Shown piece by piece: positions 47,022-60,119 of a stretch of 64,000 nt of DNA. Position numbers and translations under genes: made by a program. The stretch spans positions 1,612,001-1,676,000 of the forward strand of contig NC_043012.1 of NCBI RefSeq assembly GCF_006345805.1. The letters run 5' to 3'. Source of the stretch: Octopus sinensis. Its lineage: Eukaryota. Below the pieces are notes generated by a model. The model had not been told where the DNA came from. It saw only the letters and a program-made list of their open reading frames with translations, and searched no databases. How positions within the stretch are numbered: position 1 is the stretch's first letter; each line of letters starts with the position of its first letter.

Positions 47022-47059
47022 TCTCCTCCTATGAGATTTCGACTTTTGCAATAAGTGAA

Positions 47060-47620
47060 ATTTATTTTATTTTTTCTTTATCCAGTACCTCATCTTCTCA
47101 CTCTTATTTTTTAAAATTTAGTGTCTTTTTTGGTTTGGCATTAATGCTGAGTGTACAGCCGGTTTCCTTTTTCTACTGCTGCTTCTATGAGGCTCAATCT
47201 TTTTCGGTGCTAGCACCTCAAACATGTCATAGCAAACTTCCATTGGTATTTCCTTTCGTTTTTCAGTATGCCTCATCTTTAATTGGTTCCCAACATTGTC
47301 CTTTAATTACATACATCATGTTTCTTAATCTTTTAGTTACAAAACTATTCTCCCAACCTTCTTTACCATTTTTATAAATTTTAAAATGAACTTTATCTCC
47401 TACTTCGAAATCGGTGCTCTTTTGTGGTTTGCTGTCTATGACCATATATTTGTCTAAAACTCTAAAATTAATCAGAAAATCATCAGATATGTCATTTACA
47501 GGAATTCCAGATTTTTTAACATAATTGAAATTTTTTATAAATTACTGTAGAATTTTTTAAATTTCTAAGTTTGGTAGAAAGTCACTCATTAATTATCAAA
47601 GATATTACAGCCCTCGGCTG
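47060..47620 (-). mobile_element. Ty3/Gypsy integrase C-terminal relic
   Basis: FEVGDKVHFKIYKNGKEGWENSFVTKRLRNMMYVIKG is the SH3-like integrase tail pattern; followed by the PPT and LTR. Confidence 0.65.
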
Positions 47621-47705
47621 ATCAAAGCCTTGTGAGCGGATTTGACTGACAGATAGTGAAAACAAAACCATCATATAAATATACATACATACATACATAC
47701 ATACA

Positions 47706-47739
<34 letters not shown>

Positions 47740-47766
47740 CATATATACATATATACATATATACAG

Positions 47767-47814
<48 letters not shown>

Positions 47815-47821
47815 ATCTATA

Positions 47822-48275
47822 ATTACACAGAAAAATGCAAGCATGAACAGTAATATTCTTAAGATTATAAACCTGGAAAAGTACAGGACAAGAAATTTCA
47901 CCTGTAAAAGTATAGGGATGCCAGTTCTTCTAATTTATCACTCTTTACAGTTCTCATCTCTTAAATTTATTGTACAAAACTGTTCAGCTAATCTGTAAGT
48001 TGGTCTAATTAGTCACTTTTTTCTGTAGTTAAGGTAGTAAATTAGCCAAATTCTACTTAAATAACTATAGTGTTATTTGTAAACTATAATAAAATAAGTT
48101 TTAATATTCAAATTATAATTTAGCTGCAATATTTTAAGTAAAATGTTTCTTATTCTTTACTTTACTAGAAGTAATAGCTTGTCCTATACTTTTCCAGGTG
48201 TAATAACTTGTCCTGTACTTTTCCAGGTTTATAATCTTAAGAATATTACTGTTCATGCTTGCATTTTTCCATGTA
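47822..48275. mobile_element. MITE-like element with inverted termini of about 65 bp
   Basis: GAAAAATGCAAGCATGAACAGTAATATTCTTAAGATTATAAACCTGGAAAAGTACAGGACAAG and its reverse complement at about 48207-48269. Confidence 0.78.
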
Positions 48276-48780
48276 ATCCATGATTTTTCCTGGCATTGCT
48301 GTTATAAGATAATTAAAATTGTGTCAATTAATAATTTAAAATTTTACCTTGTAAAATACTGAATGATAATATTTCAATTTTTCCATGTAAGTGATGATAA
48401 TATTTAATTTTTTTCATGTTTAATTTCAATATATGTTGTGACTGAATTATCTGATATTACCCATCAACACCAAATTAATGGCAGGGACTTTTACCATGTT
48501 GTTGGTTGCACCATGGCTCACCAAAAGTTACAAACAACACGGCCCCAAAACCATCAGTTACCAGGCTCACCTTAAGTAACCTAATTTTGCTATATTAGGA
48601 GGTCACAGGAATTCATTCAACGTAAAAAATTTCCAATGATTCCGGGATTGGGTGGGTGGGTGGACCCCACCTCATTTCCGAACCAAAATAAGGTATTTGC
48701 AGCATATTTGTCGCAAAAAATCAATTTTGTTTTTAGTGAAAATCATGCAAGTGTTAATATAGAAATTTACCATAATGTTG

Positions 48781-48821
<41 letters not shown>

Positions 48822-48958
48822 AATAAGGGTGAAAAATTTGATATTAATTCAATAATACCATCAATTTAACACCAAGTGGCTTAGCACATAAAAACCAGGG
48901 AAACAACACAAATTTATATTTTTAGACTAGAGTCGACCACATAGTGGTTACTCTCTCA

Positions 48959-49005
<47 letters not shown>

Positions 49006-49319
49006 CAGAGTCCTGGTCAGCCTGGGGCTATAGTAAAAGATGTTTACTGTAGATTTCATGCAGTGGTACTGAACTTGGAACAATGTGGTTTGGAAGCAAA
49101 TTTTGACCAGAATATATGTATGTATGCATGTATGTATGTATGTATGTGTACATACATAGATATATCCTTACACAGAGATAAACACTCTGTATGCAAGCGT
49201 AAAAAAAGCTGAGATGAAACTGCAAAAGCCATGATACAGAAATATATAAGTGTGTATGGATGTGTATGCATGCATGTGTGTGTGTGTTTATAAACATTCA
49301 TGACTATGTAAATACATAT

Positions 49320-49369
49320 GCAGTTATCTACACTTACCTAAATATATATATATATACATACATACATAC

Positions 49370-49407
<38 letters not shown>

Positions 49408-49567
49408 TACATATACATGCATACAATATTATATAATCTATATATATATATATTATATGTATATATCTATATATATATATGTATATTATATATATACATA
49501 TATATATACATACATACATACATTTATATATATATTATATTATATATATATGAATACATATACATGG

Positions 49568-49607
<40 letters not shown>

Positions 49608-49671
49608 GTATGTATATATCTATATATATATATATGTATATATATAACTATACATATATATATACATACAT

Positions 49672-49708
<37 letters not shown>

Positions 49709-49709
49709 A

Positions 49710-49745
<36 letters not shown>

Positions 49746-50166
49746 TGTAGTATGTAGGCATGTATGTATTTACATCTAAGCATGTATTCACATTATTTCC
49801 TATGCCATCTTCCCATCTTCCCATCTTCCCATCTTCCCATCTTCCCCAAGGGGTTAGAAAGGGTCAAAGGGATGTCTTGCAATGTTAACATTATTTTTGA
49901 AGAGTGCAGTGAGCAGGAAAACATTCGGCCAATCAGCAGCTTTGCAAACGAGGAGGAACAAAGAAACAAATAAATGTGTTGTGTGTGTGTGTGTGTGTGT
50001 GTGTGAGTGTATAAATGGTTAGATGAATACATATGTGTGTATGCATGTATACGCAATTATACATTTAAAACAACTCTATACATATATACACATATATATA
50101 TGTATATTTATGTATAATATACATGTATATATATATTTAATATATATACATGTTAATATATATATG

Positions 50167-50228
<62 letters not shown>

Positions 50229-50286
50229 ATATTATATACTTACGTATATATATATGTATATATATATCTGTATGTATATATATGTG

Positions 50287-50331
<45 letters not shown>

Positions 50332-50722
50332 CATACATGTGTATATGTATATACATTTGTATGTATTTTAGTGATGATATTGCAGCTTTAATAATATATA
50401 TATATATATGTAGATACTGGTATGTTTCTGTATATTTAAGCATATATACATATATAACATAAATGTGTGCATATATTAAGTGTATTGCATATATATTGCA
50501 TATATATGTACATGTCTGTGTGTTTGTGTGTATATGCATATATGTGTGTTTATACATATATGTGTGTGTATATATATATATGTATATATGTATATATATG
50601 TATGTATAAGCAGTAACAATGATGATGATGATGATGACGATGATGATGATTTCTTTTATTGGCAACAAGGGCCCAAGACATTGTGGGCAATATCAAAGGA
50701 TGAAAAGCTAATAATGCTAAAA

Positions 50723-50754
<32 letters not shown>

Positions 50755-50830
50755 GATGATGACGATGATGATGAGGACTATGATGATGATGATGACTATG
50801 TTGCTGCTGCTGCTGCAGATGATGATGTGA
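49320..50830. repeat. (TA)/(TATG)/(TG) and (GAT)n microsatellite field
   Basis: Direct reading of the sequence. Confidence 0.93.
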
Positions 50831-51745
50831 TGACGTTGATAATGACATCACAATTTCTTTCTTACCCATGAATACTCAAAGAATAGACAAAGACTGTACA
50901 AAGAACAGAATCTAAAAAAAATGGTTTCGGGGTTGGGTCGGGGTGTTGAGTAAAAAAAAAACCAAACAAAAGACAAATCATGTGATAGCCAAACATATAT
51001 CACGAAAATTTCACTGAACAAAATTTCCCTATAAAAGGTATTGGTAGCTAAGGGCCAGCCAAAGAACCCCCCCACCCCAAAGCCTTGATCGTCGAGAACA
51101 AATGACTTTAACATTTTATCATTGGGACCCTTCTTAGATTAGACCCATTCCCACATATCATATTTGCTAATTTCACTCATCTTTCTAAGAATTTACTGGA
51201 AGAGAGTGACTCCCAGTAATTTCCCCCTCTCCCCTAACCTTCCTTTCCAAATGAATCTTGAGGAGGGCTTGGGTCAGAGAGGTTAGAGTTTGTCTTCAGT
51301 TCTTTCTGTCTTGACCATCACATGTCTTCTTTCGCCATAGCCACCAGACAGATAAAAGCTACCCCTCTCCCTTTACTAATTTTTTACTCAAAGAAGGGAT
51401 GTAAGGAGGTCTTTGAGATGGATTCAGCCGAGAGACTGCTTCATTCCATTTCCAGCAACAGATGTAGGATAAAATCCACAAATCAGTAATGTTCAGACAT
51501 GGAACCAATGCCTGCAAAACAGTAACACTTCTCTTTTGCATATCTTAGACAACCCTGACTAATGGCACTTCCATGCCTGAAGAGTTTATTTTGACCAGCT
51601 TTACCTGTCAGCACTAGCATAGCTAGTGTGTGTGTGTGTGCCACTTGAGGCGGCCTTTCCATTTACCACCGCCCGGACCCCACAAAAATCACATATTGCC
51701 TACTGCAAATCCAAAAGTGCCGCCTCTTTAAAATTGCCACCCAGT

Positions 51746-51845
51746 NNNNNNNNNNNNNNNNNNNNNNNNNNNNNNNNNNNNNNNNNNNNNNNNNNNNNNN
51801 NNNNNNNNNNNNNNNNNNNNNNNNNNNNNNNNNNNNNNNNNNNNN
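51746..51845. other. Assembly gap (100 N)
   Basis: Run of exactly 100 N; the true length is unknown. Confidence 0.99.
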
Positions 51846-52039
51846 CACCACCACTTCACAACCAGTGAAGGTTTGGTTATGTCCTTGTAACTTAGAGGTT
51901 CAGCAAAAGAGACTGACAGAATAAGTAAAAACGAAAAAGAAGTTCTGGGATTGATTTGTTCAGCTAAACCCTTCCAGTCAGTGCTCCAGCATGACCACAG
52001 TCCAATGACTGAAATGAGAAGGATGAACGACATATATAT

Positions 52040-53189
52040 GTTTCTTGGTGTGTGTATTTGTGAGTGAGTACGAGTGTGTATATGTGTGTGTGTATGTGTC
52101 TGTGAGTGTGTGTGCGTGAGTGTGTGTATGGGTGTGAGTGAGTATGTGTGTGTGTGTGAGTGCGTATGTGTGTGTGTGTATGAGAGCATACATGTGTGAG
52201 GGTATGTGTGTATGTGTTTGCATGTGTGTGTAAGTATGTGCATGTATGTGTGAGTATGTGTGTGTGTGAGTATGTGTGTGTGCATGAGTATGTGTGTGTA
52301 TGTGTGTGTTTGTGTATGAGTGTGTGTGTATGTGTGTGTGAGAGAGAGTGGGTGTGTATGGGTGTGAGTGAGTATATGTGTGTGTCTGTGTGAGTGCGTA
52401 TGTGTGTATGCATGTGTGTGTACATCTGTGAGAGTATGTGTGTGTGAGTATGTGTGGTGTATGTGTGTGCGAGTATGTGTGTGTATGTGAGTATGAGCGC
52501 GTGTGTGTTTATGTGTGTGTATGTGAGTAAGCATGTGTGTATGTATGTCTGTGTGAGTGTGTGAGTATGTATGTGTGTGAGTATGTGTGCTTGTGAGTAT
52601 GTGTGAGTTTGTGTGTGCGTATGTGAGCGAGTGAGCAAGTGTGTGTGTGTATGTGTGTGTAATATATGAAACATATATATACATATATAAGTATGTGTAT
52701 AAGAAATTCAAAGATTGCCTCATTGGCAGAAATATATATTCCGTGTGTGTGTATGTGTGTGTGTGTGTGTGTGTGTGCACGTGGAGGGGATAGTCAATGT
52801 ATTATTTGTGGATTTGTGTAATCCGTTTCGGTATGTTTGCCTGGTATTGTGATCGTACAGATATGAAGCTGGATGTAAGACACTACATCACTTCAATAAC
52901 TGAAAATAGAAACACACACACACACACACAAAGACAGATACACCAACAACGGACTAGATACATTTGTGCATGTCTCTATGTGTGTGAATACGTGTGTATA
53001 TGTGTGTGAGTAAATATGTGTGTATAACTATGTATGTATGAGTATATACATATATATATATATGTGTGTGTGTGTGTGTCATGTGAATCTATCTATCAAA
53101 CTATCTCTCTCTCTATCTATCTATCTATCTGCCTGTCTGTCTGTCTGTCTATCTATCTATCTGTCTGTCTATCTATCTGTCTCTCTCTC

Positions 53190-53221
<32 letters not shown>

Positions 53222-53400
53222 TCTGTCAGTCTGTCTATCTGTCTCTCTCTCTCTATCTATCTATCAATCTATCTGTCTGTCTGTCTGTCTGTTTGCCTGT
53301 CTGTCTGTCTGTCTGTCAATCTATCTATCTCTGTCTGTCTGTCAGTCTGTCTATCTATCTGTCTATTTATCTATCTATCTATCTATCTATCTATCTGTCA

Positions 53401-53454
<54 letters not shown>

Positions 53455-53827
53455 GTCTGTCTGTCTGTCTATATATCTATCTGAACACACACACATGTAT
53501 ACACCCATATACACGCACATACCCTCTCACACACACTCACACACATATGTGCATGTGTGTGTCAATGTGTGGATGTATGTATGAGTACATACATACTTGT
53601 GTCTGTGTATGTTGGTATGTACATATATGTGTGTATATATGCATATATTTATATATTATTTATATTATTATATACATATATATGAGTGTGTGTATATCTA
53701 TATATCTGTATGTGGAGTGCATACACCCATGTATGTACACACACACACACACAGTGAATATATATATATGTGTGTGTGCATGTATGTATATATATATGTG
53801 TGTGTATGTATACATACATATATATAT

Positions 53828-53869
<42 letters not shown>

Positions 53870-53900
53870 CAGACATACGTATGTATGTTTGTACATGTAG
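52040..53900. repeat. (TG)n, (TATC/TGTC/TC)n and (TA)n microsatellite field
   Basis: Direct reading of the sequence. Confidence 0.93.
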
Positions 53901-54119
53901 ACATGTATATATCTATGAGTGGGTGTAAGTCCGTGTGTGTGTTCGTATATTTATGAGTATGTGTGTACAAGGGCGTATATATGTATAGTTAAATATACAC
54001 ACATATACACACATATCTATACCCACGTGCACCATTACCGCAGTGCTGATGCACTCAGATCATTAACATATTCTTCTGACACTTACTGCAGTCTTGTATA
54101 GATTTGTAGATCGATATGT

Positions 54120-54400
54120 TTTACATTTCTACCGCAAAGTTATTTGGCGAAGCGGTGATTCGCGGGAGGGTGGCGGCGAGGCTAGACGTGAACATAGCAA
54201 AAAGCTGGAAGGATTAAGAAAAAAAAAAAAAAAAAGGGCAATCGATTAAGTTATCTCCCTTTAATCTAAGCTCGCTATGCATGAGAGAGTAGTTTCCCTT
54301 GAAAAAAATTTTTTTTTTTTTTTACTTCAGTTGTTAAAAATGAAGTGGCGTGAAAGTCGAGCTGGCAATAAGGTTTCGATTTCGGACTTCGGTTGAGTTT
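54120..54400 (+). promoter_or_regulatory. CpG-enriched unique segment, possible promoter or non-coding first exon
   Basis: Locally high CpG (GGCGAAGCGGTGATTCGCGGGAGGGTGGCGGCGAGG) in otherwise CpG-poor DNA; no similarity to the repeats in the window. Confidence 0.3.
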
Positions 54401-54584
54401 AGTAATTGTTATGATTTTTTTTTTTTTTAAGAAAGTAACGAAGGTCGTAGAATCTGTTTTTTATTTTTCCTGTATGGATATTTTTCAGTTCTGTGTTTTT
54501 CAAGATATGTCTCGATGGAGCCGCATTATCATTGAAATTATTCCTGCTGTGACCATTACGTTTATTTATCACACACACACACAC

Positions 54585-54677
54585 CGCCGCCGCCGCCACC
54601 ACCACCACCACCACCATCATCATCATCATAAAAATAATAATAATAATAGTAATAATAATAATAATATAATAATAATA

Positions 54678-54763
<86 letters not shown>

Positions 54764-54765
54764 TG
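54585..54765. repeat. (CGC)(CAC)(CAT)(AAT) trinucleotide compound repeat
   Basis: Direct reading of the sequence. Confidence 0.95.
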
Positions 54766-57603
54766 TGTGTGTAATTCAGTTTACTGCAAGATTTCTTGCC
54801 AATAGAGAAAGAATCGGTTTCCAACCTAGATCCAAGGCTCCTTCACTGCAATTTCAACATCAACAACAGAATAATTTTGTTTGTATGCATGTATGTGCAG
54901 ATTTGTATATTTTATGTATTCATTCTCATCCAGGGAGGACTATACACAAAAGAGAAACCAGGAAACCAGCTCTGTGCTCTTTAAGGAGTAATATAGACTA
55001 ACCAAATCCACTCACTAGGAATTGGTCGGCCCAGGGAAGTATAGTAGAAGACAATTACACAAGGCTCCATATAGTGAGATTGATCCAAAAATAATGCGGC
55101 TGTGAAACGTTCTTCTTAACCATATAACCAAGTAAAAAAAGGAAAAAAAGACAAAGATTTTAATTAATTAATAAGCTGAATTTATTTATTTTTATAATTT
55201 TCAAACACTCAGATATTATTTTCCTTGTCTCTTCATCTTCAGAAAATTTACAATGTTACAGAGGAGGAAGAAGAAAGAGATTAAAAAAAACCAAAAAAAA
55301 AAAGTATTATTGTTATTAATTTTTTCTAATTTAAGTAAAAGTTCAGTATTTTTTAGAAGAGGGGACAGGTCATTTACATTGGCCCTTAGTATTTGACTGG
55401 TACTTATTTCATTGACTCCCGAAAGGATGAAACGCTAAGTCAATTACAACAAATGCTGCAAAGCTTTTTGTCAGACATGTTAATGTTTCTACCAGCAAAG
55501 TTCTTCTGCCCTTCGTGTTAAATTCAAATCCTACTGGGGTCAATAAGATAAAGTACCAGTTAAGTATTGGGGTGGGGGAAGAGATCTATTTAGATGTTTT
55601 CAAGAAGCACCTTTGGTTTTCTGCAGTCCAAGACCCCAGATGAACCTACATCATAACAAAAAACTCTAAAGAGGACAGCAAAATCAAAGTCCCTTTTTAC
55701 ACCAAAAGCAAACCACAGGAGGATGGCCATGAAAAGTTGATATTGGCAGTGCCCCAGCATGGCCAAAGCCTTTGGATTGAAATGTATAAAAGAATAATTG
55801 AGTTGCTTTCTTCCATTTGAAATTACTTATCTTATGCTAAACTTAAGAATTATTATTATTATTGTTATTTATTAGCATTATTATCATTTGACTGGCCCCG
55901 CTCCCCCAAAATTTCAGGCCAGTGCCTTTAGTAGAAAGGATTATTAATAGTAGTAGCAGTAGTATCAGCAGCAGCAGCCGTTCAAGAATTTGGACCTGGA
56001 GATCTCCATTTCCAGCAACTTCGAGGGCCCCACTTTCCAGTGGTGTCGGGCGTCAACAAAGAGCCCTCGACTACAAGACGACCAAAGTTTTTTTTTTTTC
56101 AAGGTCTGGGGTCTTCCGCCCCTAAGCCCTAGACCATCACCTATGCAGTGAAATCACCTTACTCATCTTGTTGCTTAACAACAACAACAGCAGCAGCAGT
56201 AGTAGTAGTTGTCATCATCGAGAACAGAGAACCTAAATGCGACCCCATTCTACAGCCCGAATATGAAGTGGGGAACCAATAAACCTTCCATAAGACAAGA
56301 GCTGATTATTATTATTATCATCATCATCATCATCATTATGGGTAAGGAAAAGGTGGTAAGCTGGTAGAATCACTACTGCGTCAGACAAAATGCTTAGCAA
56401 AATTTCTTCTAGCCCTAAGGGTTCCAAGTTCAAATGCCACCCAAGTTAGATCTTTGTTTTCCATCCTTTTGGTGTCAATAAAATAAGTACCAGTTGATTA
56501 CTAAAACTGCTGGCCTTGTGCCAAAATTTGAAATCATTATTACAGGTAGGGTGGTGAGCTGGTTGAATTGTTCCGTGCATCGGGCAAAATACTTATCGGT
56601 ATTTTGTCAATCTTTGCATACCGAGTTCAAATACTGCTGAGGTCAACTTTTGCCTTTTATACTTTCAGGGTCACTGAAATAAGTACCAGCTGAACGCTGG
56701 GGGTGATGTAATCAACATGTCCTCTTCTGCAAAACTTCAGGCCTTGCACCTACAGTTGAAAGCATTAGTTGTAAGGAAGTATTCCGCCAAGGTCGACTTT
56801 GCCTTTCATCCTTTCAAGGTTGGTTAAATAAGTACCAGTTACACACTAGGGTTGATGTAATCGACATAATCCCTTCCCCCAAATTTGAGGCCTTGTGCTT
56901 CCAGAAAAAAAGACAATTAATTGTAAGGCAGTGAGCTGAGGGAATAGTTAGCATGCTGGATGAAAAGCTTGGCGGCATTTCGTCCGTCTTTACGTTCTGA
57001 GTTCAAATTCCACCAAGGTTGACTTACCTTTCATCCTTTTGGGGTCGATAGATTAAAAACTAATGAAACACTGGGGTCAATGTAATCGACTAATCCATTC
57101 TCCATCCCAAATTTCAGGCCTTGTGCCTATAATAATAATAATGATAATAATAATAAAACATTGTGTACAGTGCACTACAACTCATCGAAAGTGTAGCAAT
57201 AGAGAGCATTGTTATAATTAGTTCTTTTATGAGTGGTTTTGGAATTTTTCTCAAAGCAGGTCATTGACCATAGATAAAAATAATAAAACAAACAAAACAG
57301 AATCTGCAAAAGAAAGAAAAAAAAAAACAGAAATAAGAAAGAATTATTTGATCATCTGAGCCATGAAGATATTAAAATTAAGTGATTTGGATGATAGTAA
57401 CAAGGAAACTTGGACAAAAAACACAGAATTGAATATTTGTTGTTTGTTTTTATGTCAATATATTCTAGTGATTTGTTGTTGATGTTGTTTAACCATGGGC
57501 CAACTCTTCATGAAGGTAAGGTGTGATGTGAGGAATGTTTGGCTGTTATTTCAAGTAGATAAAAGTGACTCTTAACCGTTCTTTCTCTTCTTTTTTCTCA
57601 CAG

Positions 57604-57630
57604 TAAGGAGGAAGAAATGGCAACAGCAGG
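57604..57630 (+). CDS. Candidate micro-exon carrying a start codon (MATA...)
   Basis: Strong polypyrimidine tract plus CAG at 57578-57603, GAAATGG Kozak-like context and a GT donor at 57631. No downstream exon was found. Confidence 0.22.
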
Positions 57631-59184
57631 GTAACCTCAGAATATTAAAACAATAACTTGATAAAAGCCAAGAAAAAACAAAAGATAATAATAATAATAA
57701 TAATGATTTCAGATTTTGGCACAAAGCCAGCAATTTCGGAGGAGGGCATATTTCGATTACATCGACCCCAGTATTCTACTGCTACTTATTTTATCGATTA
57801 CAAAAAGATGAAAGGCAAAATCCACCTCGGCAGAATTTGAACCCTGATGGATGAAATTCCAAAAGACATTTTGCCCGGTGTGCTAACATTTCTTATTTCT
57901 TTATTGCCCACAAGGGGCTAAACATAAAGGGGACAAACAAGGACAGACAAAGGGATTAAGTCGATTACATCGCCGCCAGTGTGTAACCGGTACTTAATTT
58001 ATCGACTCCGAAAGGATGAAAGGCAAAGTCGACCTCGGCAGAATTTGAACTCAAGAACGTAACGGCAGATGAAATACGGTTATACATTTCGCCCGGCGTG
58101 CTAACGTTTCTGCCAGCACACTGACTTAATAATAATAATAATCCTTTCTACTTTATGCAAAAGGCCTGAAATTTTGGGATAGGGAGCTAGTCAATAACAC
58201 TGACCCCAGTGCTCAGCTGGTACTTTTTTCATCTACCCTAAAAGAATGGAAGGCAAAGTGTACCCTAGCAGCATTTGAATTCAGAACATAATAGCCAGGA
58301 AAAATGCTGCTAAGCTTAATAACAATTTCACCAGCTCACCAGAAAAAAAAAGGCAAAACAATAACACATTTGCAGAGAAGGGTTAACTGAGGCTTTTGAA
58401 TCAACCCTGTGCTGAATGGGAACTTGAATTTATCAATCTAAGAAGGATGAAAGGCAAAGCTGACTTTGGTAGGACTTGAACTCAGAACAAAAACAGTTGT
58501 AACTAAAGCACTATTGCAAGGCCTTTTGTCTGACCCTTTCTGTCAATCCACTGCTCTTTTTTGATAACAACAACTGCCTTAATAATAATAACAATAATCC
58601 TTTCGACTGGAAGCACAAGGCCTCAGATTTTGGGGGAAGGGATTAAGTCGATGACATCAATCCCAGTATGTGACTGGTTCAAATTTATTCGACCCTGAAA
58701 GTCAAACCTTGGTGGAATTTGAACTCAAAATCTAGTGGCAGATGAAATACCTTAGGAATGAGAACCCATTTCGCCCAGTATGCTAACGATTCTGTCTTGA
58801 TCATAATAATAATAATCTACTCTAAGCACAAGACCCGAAATTTTGAGGGAGTGTGGTGGTGGTGGTGGAAGTGGGGCAGTTGATTAGGTCAACCCCAGTA
58901 TGCAACTGGTACTTAATTTATCAACCCCAAAAGGATGAAAGGCAAAGTTGACCTCAGCAGAATTTGAACTCAGAATGTGGTGGCAGATGAAATACTGCAA
59001 TTTTGGCACAAAGTTAGCTGTTTTGAGGGAAGGGGGCAAGTTGACAACCTCGACTCCCAGTACTTGAATGGTGCTGTACTTCATCAAAGGTGAAAGGATG
59101 AAAAGCAAAGCTGACGCCAGCAGAATTTGAAATACTGCAAAGCACTCGTTTTTGAACATTCTAACAATTCTGCCAGTTCACCAC

Positions 59185-59222
<38 letters not shown>

Positions 59223-59848
59223 TCCTTTCTGCTGTAGGCACAAGGCCTGAAATTTGTGGGGAGGGGATTAGCTGAATACAACAACCCCAATGTTTCACTG
59301 GTGCTTAATTGATCGATCCCAAAAGGATGAAAGGGTAAAGTTAACCTTGGCAGAATTTGATCTTAGAACATAACAATGGGCGAAATACTGGTAAGCATTT
59401 CGTCCAGCATGCTAAGAATTCTGCCTTAATAATAATAATAATAATCCTTCCTGAAATTTTGGGAGAGGGGGCTAGTTGATTGCATCAACCCCGAAAGGAT
59501 GAAAACTAAAGTCAACCTCGGCGGAATTTGAACTCTGAATGGAATTTTGCCCGGCTTGTTAACAATTCTGCCAGCTTAATAATAATTTCAAATCTGGGAA
59601 CAAAGCCAGGAGGGGATAAGTTGATCACAGCAACCCCAGTGCTCAACTGGTATTCATTTTATCAACCCTGAAGAGATGAAAGGCAAAGCTGACCTCAGTG
59701 GAATTTGAACTCGGAACATGAAAACAGATGAAATACCACCAAGCATTTTGCTTGGTGTGCTAACAATGAGTCAGCTCATTGCCTTAATAATAATAATAAT
59801 AATAATCCTTTCAAGTGTACAGTTCTATATTTAAGAGATGAAGAATTA

Positions 59849-60119
59849 TGTACATTATTTACATTTGATGGATATTTGTCCTCATCTTGTTTGTTGTTAG
59901 CACAACATTTCAGCTGGTGTCCTGGGGAAATTTCGAACCTGGGTTCTCATTCCTAAGGTATTTTTCGATGTTATAATAACATCGAAAAATACCTTAGGAA
60001 TGAGAACCCAGGTTCGAAATTTCCCCAGGACACCTAATGAAGGCTGCAGGGTATATCAGCCAGAACGTGTTAACAACAAACAAGATGAGGACAAATATCC
60101 GTCAAATGTAAATAATGTA
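59849..60119. mobile_element. Fold-back element with a perfect 59-bp palindrome and a degenerate hammerhead motif
   Basis: Arms 59916-59974 and 59976-60034 are exact reverse complements; outer arms at 59849-59915 and about 60057-60119. Confidence 0.88.

Noticed and set aside
51700-51900. ORFs and junction spanning the N run
   Set aside because: Assembly gap of unknown size, so adjacency across it is not evidence.
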